DNA of 64,000 bases. It comes from a virus. Positions 25,373 through 34,006 of the stretch are shown here, one piece after another. The notes under the pieces were generated by a model. It was given only the letters and a program-made list of their open reading frames with translations, had not been told where the DNA came from and did not search any database. A program made the translations under genes and the position numbers. How positions within the stretch are numbered: position 1 is the first letter of the stretch; the number at the start of each line of letters is the position of its first letter. Where the stretch lies: IMG/VR virus record IMGVR_UViG_3300042874_000443, positions 1 to 64,000 of that record. One strand, given 5' to 3'.

Positions 25373-26998
25373 ATGTCAGCAGCACGCTCGAAGCGGCAGT
25401 CCATCCCGAAGATGGACACCCAGGTGGAGGTTCCCACCGACGACACCAACAAGCCGTCCATCTGGGCGCGCATCAAGACTGCGGCGCAGAAGACCATGAC
25501 GGTCGTTGCGAACGCGTCGAAGAAGACGGCGGCCGTCATCGCCAAGCCTTTCAAGGCCGCTGCGAAGAAGGTCGCCCCGCCGATCAAGTCGGCTGCGAAG
25601 AAGATGGCGTGTTGGGCGCGCCTCGTGGCGTATCGCGTGAAGCACGCGGTTCGTCCCGTTACTAACTTCCTCGAGAAGCTCTGGCACCGTGCGCTCAAGC
25701 CGATGTGTCAGTTCGTGCTGCTGACCACCGCCGTCACGGTGGGGTTCATCTGTGCGTACCTTGCGCCCTTGGCCACGGTGCTCACGCTCATTGTTGCCGC
25801 GGGCGTGTTCTTCCTGCTCGCGTCGGCTGTCTCGTCTACCGATGAGATTCGTCAGGCGCTTCCGTTGATTCCTCGTGAGCGTTGGTTCGTGCGAGCTGTC
25901 GCGCGCGCCTCGCTCGCGTTTGTGTGGGGTATCGAAGCACTGGCGCGACTTCTCCGTGTTGCGGCGTACGCGGGCTCGCTCCTGTTGCTCGGCCTCATGT
26001 GCGCGACCTCGGCGTCGTTCGCATTCTTCATGCTGACGTTCGTCGTGCTGTCGTACCTCCAGGTGAAGGGCGCATCGACCATCGCGTTCTACGCGTGGTG
26101 CGTCGTTACCGGAAACTGGGGCACGCTGCTCGTCTTCGCGCTGTTCGACACGACGGTTCTCATGACGCGCGCAACGCGCGTGACACGCACGGCGACGCCG
26201 ACTGCGACCGTTCCCGAGCGTACCGAGGCTTCAGCCTCGCGCGAGTCGTCTCGTTCGATCGTTCTCGACGCCGAAATCGTCGTCGAGGATGCGGTTCGCG
26301 TCGTCACTCCGTCCGACGCTCCTGGCCAGCCGCATCTCTGGACGCGCGGGAACTTCCTGCGTGCGAAGGGAACCGAAGAGCTGTGGGGCACTGTGCACGA
26401 TGTAGCGCCTGTGAGCGCGCCTGACTGGGCGGAGCAGTGGGACGCGAGCACGCCGTGCAACGCGTGTGATGAGCCGAAGGGTGGTCTGCGTGTGACCACG
26501 GACGGCCCCATCGACACCCACGGGCTCTGCGGAGCGTGCTTCGATCTGCAGTGCGAAGAGGATGCGCTCCGGTTCACCGGAGTGTCCCTCAAGGCACGCA
26601 GCCTCCAGGTGCAGCTCAACGCGACGGGGATCGCCTCGACGCCGGAGTACTCGGCGAGCAAGTTCAACAACAACGCGTTGCACTGGCTCACCACCGCGTG
26701 GTGGCGCGACCGCTCGGGGAAGTCTTTCGAGCGGGAGTGGAGCTGTCTCCACGACGGTAACGTTGTGGCGGCCGTTCGACACAACTACAAGAGGAACGTC
26801 TATCTGGTGACGGTCCTCGGAAAGACTGTGTCGTCTACGAAGACGACGCTGGGCGCTGCGAAGCGTCTCGCGTCGGATACCATCAACGACGAGGGCAATG
26901 CCGTGTCCCGGATGGTGGAGACGCTTGGCGACTTGGCCGATAACATCGGCGAGAAGTTGGTGCCTCCATTGTTGTTCCCAGGCACCAAGAAAGGTTGA
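25373..26998 (+). CDS. Multi-pass membrane protein with C-terminal Zn-binding domain
   Basis: Lys/Ala-rich N-terminus, several TM helices, CNAC...CGAC. Confidence 0.65.
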   Translation: MSAARSKRQSIPKMDTQVEVPTDDTNKPSIWARIKTAAQKTMTVVANASKKTAAVIAKPFKAAAKKVAPPIKSAAKKMACWARLVAYRVKHAVRPVTNFLEKLWHRALKPMCQFVLLTTAVTVGFICAYLAPLATVLTLIVAAGVFFLLASAVSSTDEIRQALPLIPRERWFVRAVARASLAFVWGIEALARLLRVAAYAGSLLLLGLMCATSASFAFFMLTFVVLSYLQVKGASTIAFYAWCVVTGNWGTLLVFALFDTTVLMTRATRVTRTATPTATVPERTEASASRESSRSIVLDAEIVVEDAVRVVTPSDAPGQPHLWTRGNFLRAKGTEELWGTVHDVAPVSAPDWAEQWDASTPCNACDEPKGGLRVTTDGPIDTHGLCGACFDLQCEEDALRFTGVSLKARSLQVQLNATGIASTPEYSASKFNNNALHWLTTAWWRDRSGKSFEREWSCLHDGNVVAAVRHNYKRNVYLVTVLGKTVSSTKTTLGAAKRLASDTINDEGNAVSRMVETLGDLADNIGEKLVPPLLFPGTKKG

Positions 26999-27001
26999 GC
27001 C

Positions 27002-27280
27002 ATGAAGATCGACTTCGGAGCGATGAAGATTGTCACCGAAACGACGAAAAATCGCGTCTATATGACCGCGGTAGACCCCAGCAATGATCGCGAGATCGTG
27101 ACAGGGTCAGGCGCCTCGGTGCACGAAGCCGCGGAGTGGCTCATCAAGAACGCTAACCGACTCGCACGGAGCGTCAGAGCATCGATCCTGGAGATGAAGT
27201 TCCTCACGAAGGAAGAGATCGATGAAGCTGTTTTTCACGATGAACAGCGTAGTACGGCTGCGGCGAACGCCAACGGCTGA
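27002..27280 (+). CDS. Hypothetical protein
   Basis: ORF in operon. Confidence 0.6.
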   Translation: MKIDFGAMKIVTETTKNRVYMTAVDPSNDREIVTGSGASVHEAAEWLIKNANRLARSVRASILEMKFLTKEEIDEAVFHDEQRSTAAANANG

Positions 27281-27300
27281 CCTACACTTCTGGTGCTTCC

Positions 27301-27627
27301 ATGAGCAACAACGAGTTCAACTGTCTGTCCAATGCCCTGCTTCAAGCGGGGCTTCGTTGCGCGTTGCCTGTTGCGTTCGCAGTACCGGAACGCGTTCGCG
27401 AGATGATGGAAGGTGTCGACGTGCGCAACGTGCGCGCGGTGACGCTTCACCAGTGTCCGCGTCCGAAGGGCACCATCGTGAACTACGAGGTCGAGGTTCA
27501 CCTGAAGGGCGGGGCGTGCAAGTCGAGCGAGTTCCAGGCCTCCGGGTCGGACCTCGATCATGACACGTACGTTCTGTACGACAGGAATCGCGATGGGTTG
27601 ATGAAACACCTGCACCTACTGCACTAG
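27301..27627 (+). CDS. Hypothetical protein
   Basis: ORF in operon. Confidence 0.55.
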   Translation: MSNNEFNCLSNALLQAGLRCALPVAFAVPERVREMMEGVDVRNVRAVTLHQCPRPKGTIVNYEVEVHLKGGACKSSEFQASGSDLDHDTYVLYDRNRDGLMKHLHLLH

Positions 27628-27642
27628 CAGTAGAATGTAGGC

Positions 27643-27867
27643 ATGCGACATCGACGCGTGCTGCTTTGCCTGCCGGATCAACCGTCAGAAGAAGTTCTGG
27701 CGGTTGCTCGGATAGTTAAAGCGGCTTTAGCCGCACAGTTTCAAGTACATCTACGTCTAGACGATGAGGACGACGACGAGCTTACGCCTGTCGACAATCC
27801 TCTGCACGACCAACCTATCGTCCTTCAAATCACTGAAGGCGGTATCACCCCACCTGCCGGTGGATAA
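27643..27867 (+). CDS. Hypothetical protein
   Basis: TAGAAT 6 nt before ATG. Confidence 0.5.
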   Translation: MRHRRVLLCLPDQPSEEVLAVARIVKAALAAQFQVHLRLDDEDDDELTPVDNPLHDQPIVLQITEGGITPPAGG

Positions 27868-27877
27868 AGGATCAACC

Positions 27878-28228
27878 ATGCCCGCGAAGATCATTCTGAC
27901 TGTGGAAGACGATATCTCGGAAGAAGAACAGAAGGACCTGCAATACCTGCTCAGCGACGCGTTGATGGAGTTCGCCACGCGCCGCCACCCCGCCAAGGAC
28001 TACGTGGCCAATCGCTACCCGGACAAGGACACGTTGTTCAACAGGCTCGACAAGGTCGCGCAGGTCGAGCGGCGCTCTGACCTCGCGCGCAAGTTGCATA
28101 ACGCTGCGTTGAGCCCGGAGGTCCTCCGTCTCGAGACGCCCGTTGCAACACAGGCACGGACGTGCGAAACGTGCGGCTACGATGTTCCGACGGAGTGCGA
28201 CGGTCTCAAGTGCAGGGGGCTCGCGTGA
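27878..28228 (+). CDS. Hypothetical protein
   Basis: AAGGA RBS; C-terminal CxxC. Confidence 0.6.
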   Translation: MPAKIILTVEDDISEEEQKDLQYLLSDALMEFATRRHPAKDYVANRYPDKDTLFNRLDKVAQVERRSDLARKLHNAALSPEVLRLETPVATQARTCETCGYDVPTECDGLKCRGLA

Positions 28229-28527
28229 GCGTCGCTGACAAGATGAAGGGTTCCTGGTTCGCGCAGTGGGGGAACTGGGGCATTCGTATCTCTTGGCAGA
28301 ACGGCGCTTGGGAGGCGAAGGTGTGGCAGTGGCGGCGTGGTCGTGCCCTCGAGCGACAGTACGTGCTCGCGACGCAGACAGGCTTCGCAACGTCGAACAC
28401 CGCTGTCGAGTGGGCGTGGAGTGAGATGCAGAAGGATGGCGCTAAGATCTTCGTTCTGAGCGCGCCCGAGGGTTTCTCGCCCATCGGAATGCTGCCGTTT
28501 CGCCCCATGCTTGAAGCGGTGGCGTGA
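28225..28527 (+). CDS. Trp-rich hypothetical protein
   Basis: GTGA coupling. Confidence 0.6.
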   Translation: MSVADKMKGSWFAQWGNWGIRISWQNGAWEAKVWQWRRGRALERQYVLATQTGFATSNTAVEWAWSEMQKDGAKIFVLSAPEGFSPIGMLPFRPMLEAVA

Positions 28528-28835
28528 TGCCGAACGACGCTGACAGCCAGACCGTCGTACAGATGTTCAACAGGGCGTGCTCGGACCAGGGTGAGGATGT
28601 TGCGGCGTTGGCGGAGGTGATCGCCGCATTGTCACCACGTGGGTATCTCGAGTTCGCCATGCAGGTTGTGGCGGAGGCGAGGGCACGTGAACAGTTACGC
28701 GTTCACATGTGGACCATGAATCGAGAGCTGGCCAAGCTCCGCTTGTTCATCGACGCCGTGCGCGTCTTCTGGAAGACCCCACAGGACGTGCGCGTGGGTT
28801 GGATACGCGAGATCCAGACACATGCCTGTGCGTGA
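28524..28835 (+). CDS. Hypothetical protein
   Basis: Coupled ORF. Confidence 0.55.
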   Translation: MMPNDADSQTVVQMFNRACSDQGEDVAALAEVIAALSPRGYLEFAMQVVAEARAREQLRVHMWTMNRELAKLRLFIDAVRVFWKTPQDVRVGWIREIQTHACA

Positions 28836-28910
28836 TCGCAGTGTGATCTCGCGCCGTTGTTTTTTGGCCCCTTAGTTTACAAGATAAACCTTCCAGTGTA
28901 GGGTTCTTCG

Positions 28911-29741
28911 GTGTCGGCCGCGCCAATCATTAAGTGGGTTGGAGGAAAGTCGAAGCTCCTCCCTGAACTGCGTGCGCGTCTACCCAAGACGTACAAGCGT
29001 TACTTCGAACCGTTCCTGGGCGGCGGCGCTTTGTTCTTCGCGTTGACGCCCAAGGACTCTGTTCTTGGCGACATGAACGGGGCCTTGATCGAGATGTACA
29101 AGGCGGTTGCCTTGGACGTCGATAACATCATCGAAACGCTCGACATGCATCGCCGTGCGCATGCGCGCGAGGCTTACTACTACGAGATTCGTACGATGTG
29201 GAACGAGGGGTGCTGGGCGGATGTCCCGGCGGCACGTGCTGCCGCGTTCATCTACCTGAACAAGACGTGCTTCAATGGCCTGTGGCGCGTGAACCGAAGC
29301 GGCGAGTTCAACGTCCCCCGCGGCGACTACGCGAACCCCACGGTTTTTGACCCTGCTGCGCTTCGTGCCGCTAGCGACGTGTTGCGCAAAGCCAGTCTTC
29401 GAAAGACAGGATACGAACAGACGACCGCTTCTGCGACGGCAGGCGACTTCGTGTACTTCGACCCGCCTTATGACCCGGTGTCCAAGACGTCCAACTTCAC
29501 GTCGTACACGAAGGACGCATTCGGCAAAGACCAGCAGAAACAGCTCGCGAACCATGCACGTGAGCTACACAAGCGCGGTGTCTACGTGATGGTGTCCAAC
29601 AACGACACTGAATACGTGCGGTCGTTGTATGAAGACTTCTGCATCGATACTGTTCAGTGCGGGCGCTCCGTCAACAGTAAGGGTGACAAGCGCGGCAAGG
29701 TCAACGAAGTGATCGTCACATCTTATGGAGCCACCTCGTGA
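28911..29741 (+). CDS. dam: Dam-family DNA adenine methyltransferase
   Basis: IKWVGGK, YFEPFLGGGA, LNKTCFNGLWRVN, YFDPPY. Confidence 0.92.
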   Translation: MSAAPIIKWVGGKSKLLPELRARLPKTYKRYFEPFLGGGALFFALTPKDSVLGDMNGALIEMYKAVALDVDNIIETLDMHRRAHAREAYYYEIRTMWNEGCWADVPAARAAAFIYLNKTCFNGLWRVNRSGEFNVPRGDYANPTVFDPAALRAASDVLRKASLRKTGYEQTTASATAGDFVYFDPPYDPVSKTSNFTSYTKDAFGKDQQKQLANHARELHKRGVYVMVSNNDTEYVRSLYEDFCIDTVQCGRSVNSKGDKRGKVNEVIVTSYGATS

Positions 29742-30361
29742 AGCCAGTCATTCTGCTCGACATCGATGGCGTCGCTGCCAACTTCATCGAAGGTTGCAAA
29801 GTTCCGGTGAAGAAGATCACAGGCCGTGACTTCCATCATGACGACATCGACCAGTTCATGATCGAGCGCGCACTGAATCTCGACGAGGAGCAGACCAAAC
29901 AACTCTACGATCACGTCATGGCGCCGGGCTGGTGTCGCAGTCTTCCCGTGTATGAAGGCGCCAAGGAGAGCGTCGCCGAGCTGCAGACGTTCGCCGAGGT
30001 CGTGCCTGTGACCTCACACTTCTGGTCGAGCAAGCACTGGGTCTTCGAGCGCGACGAGTGGATCCTCGAACACTTCGGCATCCACCAGAAAGAGGTTGTG
30101 CACACGCACTCGAAGTTCCGTGTCGACGGCGACATGCTCATCGACGACAAGACGTCACACCTCGTGGCGTGGAAGAAGAAGCACCCCTACGGTTGTGCGG
30201 TGCGGTTCCTGCGTGCATACAACGCCAAGGAAGATTGGCGGAAGCCAGACGGCACGTCGGAGTTTCCGAACAGCGACTGGGGTGTTGTTGCGTTGGACTG
30301 GCCTCATCTCGCCCGTTTCGCGAAGATGCACTTCGGCGTCGAAGGAGGCAGCTCGCGATGA
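29738..30361 (+). CDS. 5'(3')-deoxyribonucleotidase (HAD family)
   Basis: LLDIDGVAANF, LIDDK, AYN. Confidence 0.85.
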   Translation: MKPVILLDIDGVAANFIEGCKVPVKKITGRDFHHDDIDQFMIERALNLDEEQTKQLYDHVMAPGWCRSLPVYEGAKESVAELQTFAEVVPVTSHFWSSKHWVFERDEWILEHFGIHQKEVVHTHSKFRVDGDMLIDDKTSHLVAWKKKHPYGCAVRFLRAYNAKEDWRKPDGTSEFPNSDWGVVALDWPHLARFAKMHFGVEGGSSR

Positions 30362-30660
30362 AGAAGGCTCTCGTCGTGAACCTGCGGAACACTGCGTACG
30401 ACGTGGACATCACGCGCGCCACGAAGTGGGGCAATCCGTACACGCACGAGAAGGACAAGCGGACGCTCGCCAAACACGTCGTCGCCACGCGTGCCGAAGC
30501 CATCGCGAAGTACGAGGAGTGGGTGAAGCAGCAGCCACATTTGATGGCCGCGCTCCCTTCCTTGAAGGGCAAGGTGCTCGGCTGCTGGTGCAAGCCCCTC
30601 GCGTGCCACGGCGACGTGCTCGCGCGCCTTGCCAATGGAGACGACTATGAAGAAGCGTAA
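30358..30660 (+). CDS. DUF4326 domain protein
   Basis: KWGNPY, LKGKVLGCWCKPLACHGDVL. Confidence 0.85.
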   Translation: MKKALVVNLRNTAYDVDITRATKWGNPYTHEKDKRTLAKHVVATRAEAIAKYEEWVKQQPHLMAALPSLKGKVLGCWCKPLACHGDVLARLANGDDYEEA

Positions 30661-30805
30661 GAAACGGTTCGTACGCGTCTTAGACGTCGCCACCATCGAC
30701 ACATATTTAGCGCGTGCGGCGGAGACCGCCCGCGAAGTACGTGAACAATTGGCACCTTGTTTTACCGTTCCGGCATCTCTTCACGGTGTTAAAATTCGCG
30801 GGTAA
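30647..30805 (+). CDS. Small hypothetical protein (52 aa)
   Basis: MKKRKKRFVRVLDVAT..., fills the gap. Confidence 0.4.
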   Translation: MKKRKKRFVRVLDVATIDTYLARAAETAREVREQLAPCFTVPASLHGVKIRG

Positions 30806-30836
30806 TCATTGGTATACGACTGCGAAGGGAGAATGC

Positions 30837-31058
30837 ATGCCACGCGATAACAGCGGTGATGACGCTCACAGCATGGGCGAAGGGAAAGTTCTGCGTGAGA
30901 CCGAGAAAGCAATCTTGGTTTCGCTAGAAGGAGCCGGCGAGAAGTGGATTCCGAAGTCCGTCGTGCACGATGACTCGGAGATCTGGAAGAAGGACGACAC
31001 CGGCAAACTCGTCGTGAAGATGTGGTGGGCTGAAAAGAACGTGCTCAACGATGCCTGA
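30837..31058 (+). CDS. Conserved small phage protein (ETEKAILV...WIPKS)
   Basis: Recognisable phage motif; GGGAG RBS. Confidence 0.65.
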   Translation: MPRDNSGDDAHSMGEGKVLRETEKAILVSLEGAGEKWIPKSVVHDDSEIWKKDDTGKLVVKMWWAEKNVLNDA

Positions 31059-31266
31059 TGAAAACCGTGTCGTTGCTGCAATCATGGATCTGACGAAACA
31101 GGTTTCACGCGCGGCATGGGCGCTCGAGGCCGTCGCCATCAGTAAGAGCGACGGTGAAGACTTCGAAGACGACCCATGTCGTTGCTGCAGTTCACAGCTA
31201 GTGCCTGTGTTGGCCGATGTGTGTCCTGCGTGCCTCGAACCCAAGAAGGAGAAGACCGATGGCTGA
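31051..31266 (+). CDS. Small Zn-ribbon protein
   Basis: CRCC...CPAC. Confidence 0.55.
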   Translation: MPDENRVVAAIMDLTKQVSRAAWALEAVAISKSDGEDFEDDPCRCCSSQLVPVLADVCPACLEPKKEKTDG

Positions 31267-31555
31267 CATCGAAGACAAGCTGAGTGACTTGCAGCTGCAG
31301 GTCTACAACATGATCAAGACGGCGGGATGGGATGGGTGTACAACCGACGAGATCGAAGCGAAGCTTGGACGGACGCACCAGAGCATCTCGGCACGCGTGA
31401 ACGAGCTGGCGAACTGGAAGCCCAAGCCGCTCATCGAAGCGCGTGCCGCCAATCGCAAGACGCGCGCGGGCAAGGGCGCAGCGATCTACATTCTCGCGGG
31501 TCTGCGTCGCGCGAACCCTGACCGTGACGCCGCCGACGAGGCCGCGAAGGTGTAG
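31259..31555 (+). CDS. Winged-helix DNA-binding protein
   Basis: GCTTDEIEAKLGRTHQSISARVNEL...RKTRAG. Confidence 0.75.
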   Translation: MADIEDKLSDLQLQVYNMIKTAGWDGCTTDEIEAKLGRTHQSISARVNELANWKPKPLIEARAANRKTRAGKGAAIYILAGLRRANPDRDAADEAAKV

Positions 31556-31558
31556 AAC

Positions 31559-31591
31559 AAGGGCCGGACCGTCGGGTCCGGTCCTTTTTTT
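31559..31591 (+). terminator. Rho-independent terminator
   Basis: GGGCCGGACC-GTCG-GGTCCGGTCC followed by a T-run. Confidence 0.8.
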
Positions 31592-31635
31592 GGCCCCGAT
31601 CTCCTATAATTCCGGCACACCCCAAGAGGTCTGAG

Positions 31636-32154
31636 ATGCCCCTTCTGACGATCACGAACCTGCTCACGAGCCCTCTCGCCATTCAGGACCCAACGGGCCT
31701 CTATGGGACGTCGTTGTCCGTTCCCGCCAGCGGATCGCTCTCCAACGTGGTGATTTCGTTGCCGGCGCTCGGTGCGATCGAGCCACAGCTCGTTGCGCAG
31801 GCAGCGGCGTCTCACATCACGTGGACAATCGCTGACGACCCGGCGTCGACGGCGGACTCGCCGCCCGAGTCCATCACGACGGTCCTCGTCACGCCGCACA
31901 ACGCGGCCGCAGGCGCGCAGAACATCCGGACCAACCTGACGATTGCTGGCGCCGTCTCGGTCGTGCTGTCCGCGGGTGCCAAGATCGGTCAGCAGGTCAC
32001 CGTGCTCGACGGCAAGGGTGACGCAGGTGCGAACAACGTGACCGTGACCGTTGCTGGCGGTGGCACGATCAACGGCACGGCGGTGATCAGCGCCAACTAC
32101 GGCGCTGCGACGTTCCTCAAGACCGCAGCCACGGTCTGGCAGCGCATCGCCTGA
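31636..32154 (+). CDS. Virion structural / decoration-like protein
   Basis: TATAAT promoter at 31605; C-terminal module like the tail-fibre repeat (GGTING...W). Confidence 0.55.
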   Translation: MPLLTITNLLTSPLAIQDPTGLYGTSLSVPASGSLSNVVISLPALGAIEPQLVAQAAASHITWTIADDPASTADSPPESITTVLVTPHNAAAGAQNIRTNLTIAGAVSVVLSAGAKIGQQVTVLDGKGDAGANNVTVTVAGGGTINGTAVISANYGAATFLKTAATVWQRIA

Positions 32155-32160
32155 TAGGCG

Positions 32161-32481
32161 ATGGCCGCGCATCACGCTGACGCCGGCCAGGTGATGCCGG
32201 CTGAGCGGGTCGCGCGCGCGGCGATCCGCTACCACAAGTTCCCGACCGCAACTCGGCAGGTGTCGATTCGGAACACGGGAACGAACACGTTGTGGGTCAG
32301 CTTTGACCGGCAGGCGTGGTTTGATATCGCGGCGGGCACGTCGTTTGATGACCGAATCTCGACGCCGGGATTCTGGTTCTGCACGCAGCTCGGTAAGACG
32401 TTGTTCGTCGTGAACGGGCTGTCATTGAACTTGCTCAGCCTCGAGAGACCGGCGCCCACCAACGAAGAGCTTGAAGGATAG
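32161..32481 (+). CDS. Hypothetical beta-rich protein
   Basis: IRNTGTNTLWVSFD. Confidence 0.55.
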   Translation: MAAHHADAGQVMPAERVARAAIRYHKFPTATRQVSIRNTGTNTLWVSFDRQAWFDIAAGTSFDDRISTPGFWFCTQLGKTLFVVNGLSLNLLSLERPAPTNEELEG

Positions 32482-32504
32482 CCCTTTACGTGTTATCCAA
32501 CAAC

Positions 32505-33278
32505 ATGCGTGAACGCTCGCCTCGTCGTGTGCAGGTTCTACGGATGCACGACGAAGGGTTAAGCGCCGCGCAGATCGCACGTGTGCTTGGCATCAGCCGT
32601 GTCGCCGTTGGACACCATCTCCACGAAGAGGGAAGATCCGGTAAACAATACGGCTATGTCAAAGAGATTACTCCCTGGCAAGAAGCCGTGCTCATTGGGA
32701 CGATGATGGGCGACGCAAGGCTCTGTCGGGGCGCTGATCATCACAACGCACAACTCAAACTTGGGCACAGCACCAAGCAGCTCGCGTACATGTTGTGGAA
32801 GAAAGAGCAGCTCTCTTCTTTCTTCATGGATGAGGTTGAGCCGTACGTTCGTACGACCAAAGAAGGGTATGAGACATGCGAAATACGGTCCCGCTCCCAC
32901 CCCATCCTGACGTCATACCTGGAGTTATTTTATCCTGAAGGTGAGAAGCGCGTCTCGCGTCCTCTCCTCCAGAGGATTGAGGATCATGATCACTTTGCAG
33001 TGATCATGGCACTTTGGTACATGGATGATGGGCACCTCGCTCAAGATTCTGCGAGCATAGTCGTTGGAAACATGGACGACTCTCAGTATGAGATGTTGTT
33101 TACTTGGTTTGACGACCAAGGCTGGAAGGGCACCCCGCGTAAGCAACGTTCCAATTGTTGGACGTACTTTATAACCAGCTCAGCAAGTTTGCGTTTTGCT
33201 GAGGTAATCGCACCGTATATACATCCATCGATGTTGTACAAACTGCCCAGTGCGAAACAACGACGCAAGATTGAGTAG
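32505..33278 (+). CDS. LAGLIDADG homing endonuclease with N-terminal HTH
   Basis: LIGTMMGDA and ALWYMDDG motifs, PSMLYKL; AT-richer than flanks. Confidence 0.85.
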   Translation: MRERSPRRVQVLRMHDEGLSAAQIARVLGISRVAVGHHLHEEGRSGKQYGYVKEITPWQEAVLIGTMMGDARLCRGADHHNAQLKLGHSTKQLAYMLWKKEQLSSFFMDEVEPYVRTTKEGYETCEIRSRSHPILTSYLELFYPEGEKRVSRPLLQRIEDHDHFAVIMALWYMDDGHLAQDSASIVVGNMDDSQYEMLFTWFDDQGWKGTPRKQRSNCWTYFITSSASLRFAEVIAPYIHPSMLYKLPSAKQRRKIE

Positions 33279-33285
33279 GTGAAGC

Positions 33286-33752
33286 GTGCCCTTCACGCAC
33301 TATAGTATCCAAAAAACGCGTTCAATCTGATCTTCGCGTGGGTGCAGCCGCCTCCGCCGGACGGGAAGACGTTCTTCGGGCAGCCGAAGTTCTCGTCGCT
33401 GAACCTCTTCGACAAGCCCATCGAACCTGGACAGGTCGTTGTTGCGTATCACGACGCGCAGCCGTTCACACGGTTCTACGGCTCGGTGGCGTCGGACCAA
33501 CCGCTCGAGATGAACCTCTCGTTTTCGAACGAAGAGACGGACGTCAAAGGCGACTACATCACCGACGAGAACATCTCGACGTTGAATTTCGACGCCGAGG
33601 CGCTCAAGCAGATGTACGAGCCTGCCAAACAAGGGCCCACTGGGAAGTACTTCTGCACCATCTTCGGGCGCTACTTCCGTGTGCAGGTCAAGAACGTCGG
33701 CACCGAGCCCACGAAAGTGTTGCGTGTCTTCGTCCGCGGCTCGGTCTTCTAG
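33286..33752 (+). CDS. Hypothetical protein with an apparent -1 frameshift at an A6 run (33311-33316)
   Basis: GTG 33286 with AGGT RBS reads MPFTHYSIQK; the other frame continues NAFNLIFAWVQPPPP. Confidence 0.5.
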
Positions 33753-33766
33753 TTTATACAGTAAAC

Positions 33767-34006
33767 ATGGCCAAGCACTCGATTCGGTCGCCTGTAGGCG
33801 GCAGCGTGTGGACGCACTCGGTTGGCGTAGGTCAACGCGTCGTCGCAGGCACCACGCTCCTCATCTGCGAGGTCATGAAGACCGAGTTCCCGATCGAGAC
33901 GCCTGTTGACGGAGAAGTGACGTGGCTCGCCGCGTGCGGGCAGACACTCGAGGCCGACGACCTCGTTGCTACAGTGGACGACTCGCCAGCGCCTTTGCGG
34001 CCATGA
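33767..34006 (+). CDS. Biotin/lipoyl carrier domain protein
   Basis: IRSPVGGSVW...VGQRV..G.TL.I.EVMKTEFPIETPVDGEV (MK biotinylation motif). Confidence 0.8.
   Translation: MAKHSIRSPVGGSVWTHSVGVGQRVVAGTTLLICEVMKTEFPIETPVDGEVTWLAACGQTLEADDLVATVDDSPAPLRP

Noticed and set aside
24292-25698. Long antisense ORFs here and elsewhere (e.g. 9444..10373, 46745..47818, 53678..54784, 57656..58660)
   Set aside because: These are shadow frames expected in high-GC DNA opposite well-supported genes.
32482-33290. Group I intron or intein housing the LAGLIDADG gene
   Set aside because: The upstream gene has its own stop, the flanks are too short for an intron core, and there are no intein terminal motifs; treated as free-standing.
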